DNA from: Eledone cirrhosa
Lineage: Eukaryota
Direction of reading: 5' to 3'
Assembly (NCBI GenBank): GCA_964016885.1
Contig: OZ024743.1
Coordinates: 202,306,001-202,370,000 of the forward strand
DNA length: 64,000 bases
The position numbers were made by a program, and so were the translations under genes. The notes below the pieces were generated by a model, which was not told where the DNA came from, searched no databases, and saw only the letters and a program-made list of their open reading frames with translations. The first letter of the stretch is position 1. Each line of letters begins with the position of its first letter. This document shows positions 44,361-56,922 of the stretch, piece after piece.

Positions 44361-44577
44361 TGAAGGCGTGTGGCTGAGTGGTTAGAGAATTGGATTCGCA
44401 ATCGTAAGGTTGTGAGTTCGATTCCTGGACCAGGCGATGCGTTATGTCCTTGAGCAAGACACTTTATTTCAAGTCGCTCTTTCTACCTGGAGTTGCGACC
44501 GATAGATAGTATTAGCAATTGGAAAGACCAACGGAAACATTATTCCCTCGGTCCGATTTGACGAAAGTCGATCGTTT
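44361..44577 (+). mobile_element. tRNA-derived SINE (type 1)
   Basis: TGAAGGCGTGTGGCTGAGTGG A box, GAGTTCGATTCC B box. Confidence 0.82.
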
Positions 44578-44578
44578 A

Positions 44579-44618
<40 letters not shown>

Positions 44619-44790
44619 ATATAATAAAATAAAATAAAAAAAGGACGAGCGTTTACTCCTTCATTACCTTTATTGGTTAGTGACGCGCATTTCGCCACTG
44701 ATCAGCTCAAGGTTTGATCTGTATCGATGTAGTAGCCCGACTCTGTAATCCACGGCTCGTGAGACTCCTTTTAATGGTAATGAAATATGG

Positions 44791-44875
<85 letters not shown>

Positions 44876-45045
44876 TATAAACGTAAAAAATGAAATGAAA
44901 TTTCATTTCTCACTCTTAGTACGGCTGATACTTAAATATACGTACATATATATATATGTGTGCATGTATGTATTACTGTACGTCTGTATACATAGATGTA
45001 TGTACGTATACATATATATATATATATTTATACATATACATATAC

Positions 45046-45105
<60 letters not shown>

Positions 45106-45365
45106 GGAGGCATGTGGCCTAGTGGTAAGGGTGTTGGACTTACGATCCTGGGTTGCGGGTTGTGTTCTTGAGCAAACACTTCATTTCACGTTGCTCTAGT
45201 ATACTCAGCTGAAAATGAGTACCAGCAATAGCTGGAGGTTTACCCCTGCGATGGACTGGCGTCCTGTCCAGAGTGGGGTCTTTTACTCTCTGTCGCTTCT
45301 CGCCATGAAACCGGCATAAGCAACGGCCAAATGAGGCTTCTGGCTTAAGACAGACTTTAGACTTT
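45106..45365 (+). mobile_element. tRNA-derived SINE (type 1), B-box region deleted
   Basis: GGAGGCATGTGGCCTAGTGG...CTTGAGCAAACACTTCATTTCACGTTGC...AGACTTT repeats at the 3' end. Confidence 0.75.
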
Positions 45366-45734
45366 ATATAAATATATATATATATGTATATATATATTTC
45401 GTTTCTGAATTTGTTTAGCAAGATTCTTTATCTGAAATCGTGTGTTGAAACCGATATTGTTATATTTATTGGCAACATGACCCTCCCAAAGTATAACAAT
45501 ATATATATATATATAAGTATGCATGTATGTATACGTACATAGATATATGTATACAGACGTACAGTAGTATGTATATATATACATACATGCACACATATAT
45601 ATATGCGCGTATCGGTTTACCGAACATTTATTATAATCATCGGTTTGTTTGTTTGTAAACAAACAAACAGCCCGAAGTTTGCCGTACAGTGTTTACGCAA
45701 CCACGTCCCTTTTTTGTTCAACACTGACACAGGA

Positions 45735-45777
45735 ACGATGTACTAGTTTCAAGCCTATTAGCTATCGTCAGCATCGT
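45735..45777 (-). ncRNA. Compact type I hammerhead motif, apparently intact
   Basis: Minus strand: ACGATG-CTGACGA-TAGCTAATAGGCTT-GAAA-CTAG-TA-CATCGT. 6-bp stem I; palindromic stem III ACTAGT. Confidence 0.82.
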
Positions 45778-46385
45778 ATACCTTCCTGCCAGATGGTTGA
45801 ACGTCTGAAAGTATATAATTTCCTTATGCATATTAACGGCTGAGCAGCCTAATTTGCATATCGAGTAAGTTCAGTCGGCCGGGCACACCGGAAACGATAA
45901 ATGGAATAGAATGAAATGAAATTTCATTTCTCACTCTTAGTACGCCACTACTTAAATGTAAGTATATATGTATATATACGTACATACATATATGTATACA
46001 GACGTACATTAGTATGTATATATATACATACATGCACACATATATATATGCACGTTTCATTCGTTTCATTCGTTTCATTCTTTTTAAATTTAATTGTTTT
46101 TTTTAACATTCTCGTTATACTTCTATATATTTACCCCATATTGTTTTACTTATTGTTTCGACTTCCTCCCCCTCCCCCTCCCTAGTATACTTGCTTGACC
46201 TCCTGCCCTACTGTAGTTGGCCCTATCAACGCACGACTGGGTTTCCTCCACCCCCTCTCCCTCTTTCTTCTACTGGCAGGTTCAGCTACCCCTTCCTTCC
46301 ATAAATTGCCATCATAGAATTATGTGTCTCAACAACAAACTTTTGCCCAATCCTTGTGACAATCACTTTTACCATATATGGAATT

Positions 46386-46481
46386 ACCCCCTGACAAGCT
46401 CGGCTATTCATATACCAGGATTAAAATTTTCATTTAGTCCAGAATTAGCCGTCAAAACCGCTTGAGCTCAGCTGTCGGGGT
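46386..46481 (+). ncRNA. Decayed full-length family B hammerhead
   Basis: ACCCC-CTGACAA-[long stem II]-AAAA-CCGCTTGAGCTCAGCTG-TC-GGGGT. Core changes (CGA>CAA twice) fit CpG decay. Confidence 0.6.
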
Positions 46482-46514
46482 CCTACTCGTTTCTATATAT
46501 ATATATATATATAA

Positions 46515-46804
46515 TGTAGGAGGTGAGTTTTATTGTAGTACAATAAAGCAATGCAGATATCGGATAAGAAGCACTCTACAGTTTGTGGGACTGGAGTATG
46601 CATAATATAAGATCAAAAGATGGTTGAAGGAGTTCAATATATTTTATTATGCGCATTTCAAAAACAAACATCATCAAACAATAATATTTGTGTTTTCATC
46701 AGATAAAACAGGAGATGAAAACACAAATATTATTGTTTGATGTTGTTTGTTTTTGAAATGCGCATAATAAAATATATTGAACTCCTTTAACCATCTTTTG
46801 ATCT

Positions 46805-46806
<2 letters not shown>
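46515..46806 (-). mobile_element. Family A fold-back copy: tail 46515-46601, arms 46602-46713 and 46714-46806
   Basis: Near-identical to 627-1053 but with a different inversion junction (GGA|GATGAAAACAC). Intact HHR on minus strand 46642-46708. Confidence 0.85.
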
Positions 46807-46852
<46 letters not shown>

Positions 46853-47232
46853 TAATACATACATAGTGTATTATAATCCATAAGAAGATGATGTTTATGA
46901 CTGTTCAATGTCTTGATTTAAATATTTTCTTGCTCATCACACTAGGTATATTTACGCATATATTACACATAGCAGAGGGAAATTGACAAGGCTGGCGGGT
47001 ATATGTGGTGGGATGATTGATGGTGTGCCGGAAATATATGATGAAATATGTCTCCTGCAGAAAATAAAATCGTTTGAAGAAGCAGTTTAATTAAACATCG
47101 TAAATATGATATCATTTCCTAAAATGTTACTCAAAAAGTAAGTTTCTAAGATTTGAATCAAGATACAAATTTGATGGCTACTTTTTATGTTATTATGTAA
47201 ATAATGAAAGTAATCATTACCTCCCTGTATGA

Positions 47233-47352
47233 TCTGAGTTCAAATCCCACCGAGGTTAACTTTGCATTTCATCCTTAAGGGGTCAATAAAATAAAGTACC
47301 AGTAATGTACTGGTTAATTGCTGGCTTTGTGCCAAAAAACTAGAAACAATTA
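47233..47352 (+). mobile_element. tRNA-derived SINE (type 2), partial
   Basis: GAGTTCAAATCCCACCGAGGTTAACTTTGC...TAGAAACAATT. Confidence 0.7.
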
Positions 47353-47975
47353 TTATTAATATTACCATTATTATGATTACCATCATCATCATTTTCATCA
47401 TCTCCATCATCATCATCATCATCATCATCAGCATCATCTTTATTTTTTTACTGTTTCACACAAGATTCTACTGCATCATATGTTGCATCTCCTGGTTTTT
47501 CATATTTGTTCAGCATTGTGTGTACTCATTTCATTTTTGTGCGCATGGGTGGGTGGGGTGGTATATGGTCTCCTGCTGCTAATGTTCTACCAGAGTTTGT
47601 TGTCTAATGGGGCTTAGATTGTTTTTTCTTGAGTTATTTTAGAGTTTGTTCTATTATATATGTGTAGTATGCGTTATGTGAGTTACGTCATTGTATTTCG
47701 TATTCTTATCCTATATAATATATTGTGTTTATTAGGTGCTTATTTTATGCAATGTATTGAAAGGTATATAAAGCTATTTTTTCGTTAAATACATTCTGTG
47801 CTCTAGTATGTCTTTTGTGTTTTGTTCATATATGTTTATCATGTATAGTACTCCGTTTTCTATGTGCGATATTTTGACTTTTATCCCGCAGCTTCAGCTT
47901 ATTTCGTATTCTATATCCTTGTATGTTGACGGATTTTTCCCATCATTTCTGGCAATATTTTGATCAGTGTAGGTT

Positions 47976-48043
<68 letters not shown>

Positions 48044-48369
48044 TCATTATTATTATTAATATTAATTTTTTATTATTTTTATCTGTTCGTTATACAGAAT
48101 TTATTACAAGTAATTTAATACTGGTAACCGCTGCCCACAACCTGTAGACTGAGGTGTCACCTTCAATTGTCAAGCAGGTTTCGGAGTATATTGGCAGTTT
48201 CAAGTAATGTTGTTTTTTGTAGGGGCCCCACCCTGATGTTAGCTTATTTCTTTTTAAATAGCGTGGCTGCACGTACATATTTGTTTCTGCATGAATGATT
48301 GGGTCAGTCATAAATTATTACTTCTTTATCTCCAGACGTGTTTATAATTTGTTTATACGTTTCCGACGC

Positions 48370-49238
<869 letters not shown>

Positions 49239-49245
49239 TGTATGT

Positions 49246-49285
<40 letters not shown>

Positions 49286-49367
49286 GGTAAACAAAAATAA
49301 CAACACAATCTGTAGATTGTATGGAAAAATATATTAGTTTAGCGCTTGATATAGCAAGTATAGTGTA

Positions 49368-49398
49368 TTAACGTTTCGGACGCTAGCCCTCATCAGAA
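49368..49398 (-). ncRNA. Minimal hammerhead-like core
   Basis: Minus strand: CTGATGA-GGGCTAGCGTCC-GAAA-CG-TT. Stem I is poorly paired. Confidence 0.5.
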
Positions 49399-49422
49399 GA
49401 AAGATTGAGAAATGAGAAAGAT

Positions 49423-49558
<136 letters not shown>

Positions 49559-49605
49559 GCGTGTGTGTATATATATATATATGTATATAATTATAATTTT
49601 TATAT

Positions 49606-49724
49606 ATAATTATAATTTTTGCTTCCTGACTTTTATGACAACAAATGTTAACATCAAATTAGATTGTTAAGCGAAATGTTAACATTTGTTGTCATAAAAG
49701 GCAGGAATCAAACATTATAATTAT
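49606..49724. repeat. Short inverted repeat next to (TA)n
   Basis: TTCCTGACTTTTATGACAACAAATGTTAACAT and ATGTTAACATTTGTTGTCATAAAAGGCAGGAA. Confidence 0.7.
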
Positions 49725-50936
49725 GAACATTACTCCCCTTAACAACGTAACAAATAAATAATAAATGTACACACATTCCATATCAATTATTTTATAAAGT
49801 GTCCACAAATATACATTTCTCTACATAATCTCAGGTTATTTTCCTCTAAATTGACAGCTGCTTTACTAATGAAAACCAATAAAAATTAATTTCAAAGTGA
49901 ACATTTTTCAAACACTAAAGAACTTCTCAATCGCAGTGCCAAACCATATATTATGTAAAAGTTCTGTTGAATTGATGCCAATATTTTGGTGGCATGTAGT
50001 GGCCAGCAGAAACACAACCTCCCCGAAATACTAGAGACACAGGAATTTCTTATAGATCTGCCACTAGACGGTAGACCAAAGACATGACACCTCGTTAAAT
50101 ACGCCAAAAAGAATAATTTTCCAATAAGATAACATCTTTCGAAGCTTCCCTGAACATGACAGGTTTCTTGAGAACACATAAAATTCAGTGACATTACTAC
50201 AACTTAATGAGTGACCTGCAACTATAAAAAAAGCCTCACACATTTGTCAATGTTTATTTCATAGGCTGCAAAACTGCTGGAGAAACAAATACCAATGTTT
50301 ATTTTGATGTATTACAATGAAGATATTTCTGCTGCATTTCTTTCTTAAGAGAAAATAAAAAAAATCCTATCTTATTGGATAAAATACTTTGTAACATATG
50401 TCAAAACTTATTGTTATTTTGAAATGAGACCTGGATATATATTATAGCTGCAAAGCTATATCAATGATCGAATGACCATGAGGCGTGTCATGATTACTCA
50501 AATGACACAAACATAAACGAATGTTCTGCAAAGAAACGACAAATCCATAAAGTTATATTGATAATAAGTTTTCTTTAATGGAGGAGGATTTTAAATATGT
50601 AAAAGTCGTACAATACTCATTGAAAATAATGTATTTACAAAATTTAGTTCGGCCCAGCCAATCAAACGCGAATTGAGATATATCATACTTAAGATATATG
50701 GAAGATTTACACACACACATACACACAGACAAGCAGACATACACACACACACACGCACACACACACGCACACACACACACACACGCGGGCACGCACACAT
50801 AAACACACGATATATACATGATATACATATATGTATATATAAATATATATATATATATATACATATTAACCTAACATATTCCTTTGAAACACTGTACCGA
50901 ATGTGTTGTTATTTGTGTTCATAATTTTACACACAC

Positions 50937-50994
<58 letters not shown>

Positions 50995-51234
50995 TTTTCT
51001 TTATTAACCACAAGGGTTTACATAAAGTAGACATTAAGGACAGTACAGGACAATACAGGACGGTACAAATGGGTATTTCTGCGTGTAAAAAAAACGGAGG
51101 TTGAAATAAAATAACAAAGAAAAAGTCCCCAATAGGGGGGAGACTTCCGAGGGACATTTGTGGAGAAAGCCCATTAAAAGACCACAGTGGCCCTGACCAC
51201 CAGGGCAAGTGCCCTCTCCCAGTTTTCCACCTTT

Positions 51235-54200
51235 AATTTACAGACACATACTCAGAGAAGGCTCATTCATTCGGTTATACTTGCTTCTCTCACCCATCTT
51301 TCAACAAAATGCTGGGAAGAGAGCACTTCCCTCTCTACCCTGATTTTCCTTTTCAAATGAAATTTGAAAAAGTTAATCAGGGCATCACCGAAGAGGTAAG
51401 TGCTCGTCTTCAGCCATTTCAAACGTGTCCACCATACTATCTCTTTCGCCATGGCCACCAGACAGATAAAAACTGCCTGCCCTTCCCGGCTAAAGGAAGG
51501 GGGCGGGGCAATCCTCACGATGGACTCAGCTGATAGCTGGATCCGTCCTACACGTGACAGCAGGTGTTCGACATAAACCCACAAGTCAGCAATGCTCGGA
51601 CACTGGACGAGTGCGTGCAGGACGGTTTCGTCGCCCTGCGCGCATCTCGGACATGCCCGGCTGACGGCACCTCCATGCCTGTAGAGTTTATCCCGAACTG
51701 GCAAAGCTCCTCGGTAGCACTGCCAGGCCAGGGATTTCTGGAAGTTGTCCATAGGCCCCGGCCCAAAAGTCCTTCCGAAGAAATTGGCTAGTTGATTTTC
51801 GTCGACGCCTAGAGTTTCTCCAAGTACGTCGTCGCTCTTCCCCTCCACTAATCCCCTATAGAACGCCAAGGTGGAGTTTCCACCGATCACATTGCCCGAT
51901 TGGTCGAGGGCTGTGAGCGCCTGAAGACATTCCAGTCTCCAAGCGCTCCCTCTCGGTCTTCGCTTGACCCAGGACTGCAGCTCCGTCAAGGAGACGAGCT
52001 GGGGAAAAACGTGTCTCGCAAACGGCGACCACACCTGATCACCGTCGAGGAAGAAGTGGAGATGTCGTAGCCTGAGCGCGTGTCTGCGCATCATCAGCCA
52101 CGGCATGCCCAGCCCTCCACGTAGCGGGTGTTGACAGCAGATGGACCGCCTGACCATCGGAGCGCGTCCCTTCCACAAGAAGCGAAAGAGCAAACGCTCC
52201 AGCGCAGTCAGGCGGGGCTTAGGACAAGGTACGACGGTCAGGCGGTAGTAGATGACGGATGCGATGTACGCATTCGCCACCTACGCTCAACCTTTCAGGG
52301 ATAGCTTCCTCTCGGCCCATTTCTGGGTGAGGGAAGCCACCCTGCTCGTCACCTCGTCCCAGTTTTTGTCCGTCTGGAGGTCTGGACCGAACCAGACCCC
52401 TAGCAATTTAACCGGTCCGTCCGTCAAGCGCCCGACGACGCTGTTGGACGGCATGGACCTGCCTCTCCAGGTGCCGAGCTGCAGGCCCACTGACTTTTCC
52501 TGGTTGATCATTGCTCCTGTCACCGCTTCGTATTCTCTTAGTGTAGTGCCGATCGCCTCGATGTGTTTGGCGTTCGACACCACTACGGTGACATCGTCGG
52601 CATATGCTTACACGGATCTTCCGCATCCTAGTTCGCGCGGGACCCCCTTAACGTCTCCAGTTTGTGCAGTAATGGCTCGAGAGTCAATACGTACAATAGG
52701 GACGAGAGGGGACATCCTTGGCGGACCGAGCGCATGATGTTGAACGGTTCCGAAAGGTGACCGTTCACTCTCACTACAGAGCAGATGTCGCTGTGTATGG
52801 CAGCGATCCAGCCTCTGAAGACGGGCCCAAAGCCAGCCGCCCTCAGGACTGCCGCTAGGTAACGATGTTCGACCCTATCGAAGGTTTTCGACTGATCTAA
52901 ATTGATCAAAGACCCACCCGTGCCAGGTTCCCTAGCTACACTCTCTACGATGTATCGCATGAGGTGGAGGTTGTCGTGGATGGATCTGTCGGGAATGGCG
53001 CATGTCTGTGCCTCTCCCACCAGACCACCAACGACAAGCGCCAACCTCTTTGCTAGCACCTTGGCCAAAATCTTGAACTCTGTGTTTAGCAGAGTTATGG
53101 GCCTAAAATTATCTATGTTATCCCCCTTGTTCGGATCCTTTCTCAGCAGCGCCACCGCTCCTCGGCTCACAGAGCTGGGAATTCTCCCGTTCTGTTGCCA
53201 GTTGCAGTAGACGTCCGCCAAGAGGCCTCCGAACAAGTTTGGCATTTGTACGTAAAGTTCATAGGGCAGACCATCCAAACCAGGCGATTTACCCCTTGTG
53301 CAACTAGTCATTGCATCCCGTACTTCAGCGGTTGTTATCGGCTTTTCGCAACACTCCGCCTCAGTGGCCGAAAGCCGTGGCAGTCCGTCGAGGTAGACAC
53401 TAAAGTCCATCCCTCGATCCGACCCGCAACTGCCCCCGAACAGTTGAGCGAAGTGTCGCTGAAAAGCTTCACACATTTTCCCGGGATCGAGTAGCATGCG
53501 CCCGTCGTAGTCCACCAAAGACCGGATCGTGGCTTTGTTGCCACGACGCGCCTCCGCCACTCGGGCCCATTGAACGGCTTTCGTCCCCTCGTGTCTGAGA
53601 GCACGCACCCTAGCTCTGACAACGCAGCCTTCGTGCTTTGCATTGAAGAATTGGTCAAGGGCCAATTTCGCCGCAAGTACGTCGGTCGCGATGCCTTTGC
53701 TAAGCGCCTCATCTAATTTTCTAACTAGTTCTCCCTCTGCTCTATTTTTCTCTATTGCTAAAGTCTTACTAAACCTAATGGACTCTATTCTAATTGCTCT
53801 TTTCAGAGCAAACCACCACTTGTTGTTGACGATGGCCCCCGTCAACGCCCGCTTAACTAGTTCGCTAATCCGATCTCTGTAGGCCTTGCGCGCTGGTAAG
53901 GACGCGTTTAGCTTCCAGTAGCCGGGTCCTCGCCTATGAAGCCTATCTAAGTCAAGCACACAGATCAGGAATTTGTGGTCCGTGTAGCTGACTATCTTGA
54001 ATTGTGGACAGCCTATGCTAGACCTATCTATTTCCCTACAAAATACTCTATCTAGATATGATCTGGATGACCCTATGCGATTTGTCCAAGTCCACATTGG
54101 TACATTCGGGAAATCCATTCGGTACCTGTCAGACAGTTCAAAACGTCTGAGCAGGTTGGTGAGACTCTTGCACCCTCCTTCCCTATCCACTAATCCCACA

Positions 54201-54655
54201 CAATCCCAGCGTGCATCTCAGATCCCGTTCCAGTCGCCCACTAACACTAAAGAGCGGGACGTTCCAAGAAAGGTCTCCAGACGCCGGAAGAAATCAGGCC
54301 GCCCTGCTCCTGTCGGGGCATAGACGGCCACTAACCTGAAAGCTTGGCCGTCTCCGCTGGTCACGTCCAGCACCACCAACTTACCTTCTGGGTCCAGGAA
54401 GATGGCCCGTATGGCAAGATCCAAACCTCTCCGAAAAAGCACAGCAACTCATCCCCCCGATCCCGGACGGCTGGGAGATGCGTACACATCGTAGCCGCCG
54501 AAGATCGGTGCGAAAGCCTGTGCTTCGGAGATTCTGGTCTCGCTGATGGCCACTACATCTATGTTTAGTGACCTGAGGTCGTTGAGCAGGTGGCCCTGCT
54601 TCCATGACGACCCCAAGCCACGCGCATTTATGCTGCCTATTCTGAGTGAGGTCAT
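51235..54655 (-). pseudogene. Tx1 ORF2 (APE-RT-Zn finger), disrupted
   Basis: MTSLRIGSINARGL..ISETR, GDWN, YLDR, TDH; KSPGLDG, RPITLLN, RQGCPLS, YADD; CPRC..DETVLHALVQC. Confidence 0.9.
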
Positions 54656-54689
54656 GTTGAAAAGGAGTGGAAAAGATGGGAAAGACCAC

Positions 54690-56659
54690 TTACCTTACTT
54701 CTCGTAGGGGAAGGACGGCTTTTCCATCCTTTTCACTGCTTGTGGCCTCCTCAGGAAGGATGTCCTTATAAATCCTCCTGGAGAGTGCTTGTCGGAAGTC
54801 TCCGATGTCTTTGGGGAATTTTTGTTTTAGTGTCATGTACGTTTTCTGTGTGATGCGAGTGATTTGTATGTGTGGAGGTGGTGTGAATTTTGGGGTTGTT
54901 GTGTAGTCTTTTTCTGTGATGCTGGTGTTGTGTTGGATGTAGTGTAATAATTGGTTGTTGTTCAAATTTAATGCTGTGTAGTGTGTATCGTTTTGGTTGT
55001 TTTGTTTTGTTTGCGTTTGTTGTGGGTTTGTTTCTGTTTCGCATTTTGGTGACTTTTGTGGTGATGGTGATGGTGTTGGTGTTTAGGTTGATGGGGTTGG
55101 TGATGCTGGTGTGGATGGTGGCATATCTGTCCTAACTTTTTTGTTTCTTAATTTATTTGTTTCCCTCTGTATTTTGTTTTTGGAGGGGGAAGGAAGAGAA
55201 TTTTTTTCTTTTTTGGTTTCTTTTTTTTTTTTTCCGGATATCGTTTCCCACTCCTCGTCGTCACAATCTGTCTCCAGTTGTGATAGGCCGGGGAGTGGAA
55301 AATCCTGCACAGCCGTTAGTTTTGGTTGTGGCGTGGTGGATGGTGGTAGGCGCTGGTGCTAGTTCTGAAGCGTTGGGTGGTGGTGGTGTTGGCTTTGCTG
55401 GTAGTGGTGGTGGCGTTAGTTTTGCTACTGTTGCTGGGGTTGTTGCTGTTATAGTTGCTTCTGTTGTTGCTGCTACAGTTGTTGCTGCCATCTCTGCTAC
55501 TGGTAGTGTTGATGGTTGTGTCACTGGGGTGGGTAGGAGAGGTGGCCTCAACCTTTTAGCCTGAGGGCAGAAAGCCCTTAGGTGGGTCCCTTCACCACAA
55601 ACGACACACCTAGGTCTCCTGCCCTCGACAATTACCGTGAGGTGCGTGCCGTCATTGAGGTCTATTACCTCTGGGATCTCATCAATGCTTTTTTGGTCCG
55701 CTTGGATCAGGAGCTCCATCCCAGATCCGGACCAGTTTTCCTGCTTTTCTTTTGCTACTGCTATTATTTTCGTGTTGGCTTCGATGCCGGCGAGGACGGC
55801 CGCTATTAGCCAGGGAATTTCGATGGCCGGTGGAACGTGGATCACCCTGATATTTACGAGTCTCTGGCCACAATAGCTTGGGACGAGTGTGAAGTTGTCA
55901 CTTTTTAATGGGGACATGGAGTGTTCTCTAGCCTCCTCTGGTGTTTCAAAGAACACGTCCACGGTTCCATACTTTTGCCCACGTCTGATGTGGGTTTTTC
56001 TTGCCCACACATGTCCCAAAGCTTTTTGGATTTGGGACTCGGATGCCCGTTCCACTCGGCGCGATTTTACATTTATTGTTCTATACGCCACGGTGCATAG
56101 GCGCCGATGCTCCATTTTATTAGGTGGGGGGGGGGGTGAGGCTGACCCTGTACCCATCTTTCTTTACCATTTGTTTGGCATTTTCTAAATCCTCCTGAGT
56201 TACCGTACAAGCTTTGAATTGTTTTGCTACTCTGGCGAAACTGAGGGTCGGTTTTATAATGTCATTGTTGTTCTTGTTGCTATCGTTAATATTAATTTTA
56301 GTTTCAGTTGTGGTGGTGGTGACGTCAGTCGTCTTTGGTGGGGAAGAGTCCATTTTGCTTGATTTCATTTCGACATCACGAGTTAATTTATTTTTTTCTT
56401 CTCTTGTTTCTGTTGTCGCGGTGGTGGTGGTGGTGGTGGTGGTTGTCGCGGTGGTGTTGGTGGTGGAGGCTTTAACACCTGCAGTCATTGGTAATGGCGG
56501 GAAATGAATGTCTGCCTGAGACAAATTTAAAATATTGCTACTGCTTATATTTTTTTTTGTGTTGGCAAACGTAGTAACATTTACAATGGTGGTGTCGGTG
56601 TGAGGTGTTAATTTGTGAGGAAGGCTTTCAGCTGCTTGTTGCAGAGGTGAATTAGCCAT
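54690..56659 (-). pseudogene. Tx1 ORF1 (gag-like: RRM-like region, CCHC knuckle), frameshifted
   Basis: MANSPLQQ... start; YGTVDVFFETPEEA; CVVCGEGTHLRAFC (CX2CX4HX4C). Frameshift at the poly-G run ~56126-56136. Confidence 0.8.
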
Positions 56660-56867
56660 TTTTTTCAAAGAAATTTGTTGATAATAATAAAAGTTAAAAA
56701 TTTTGGGCACAAGGCCCCAATATTTTGGGGTGTCCTTTTCGGAAAACAATGTATGTGTGCTTATAAACAGTTAACAATAAAATTCTCCATAAATGGCAAT
56801 TTTTAACAAACGGAAATAACAATCCTTTGCGGAGCTCACGAGGATACGATTTACTACGTAGGTCCCC

Positions 56868-56921
<54 letters not shown>

Positions 56922-56922
<1 letters not shown>

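Larger units (their letters stand above)
50994..56867 (-). mobile_element. Full-length Tx1-group LINE, array copy 1, with (ATT)n tail 50941-50993
   Basis: 5' GGGGACCTACGTAGTAAATCG, ORF1, ORF2, 3' UTR with AATAAA. Confidence 0.92.

Noticed and set aside
44361-44435. tRNA gene
   Set aside because: A and B boxes run into a repeated SINE body with no proper cloverleaf. It is a SINE head, as are the other copies.
44670-44710. GAAATGCGCGTC (HHR 3' half) on the minus strand
   Set aside because: No matching CTGANGA or stem I upstream. At best a truncated remnant.
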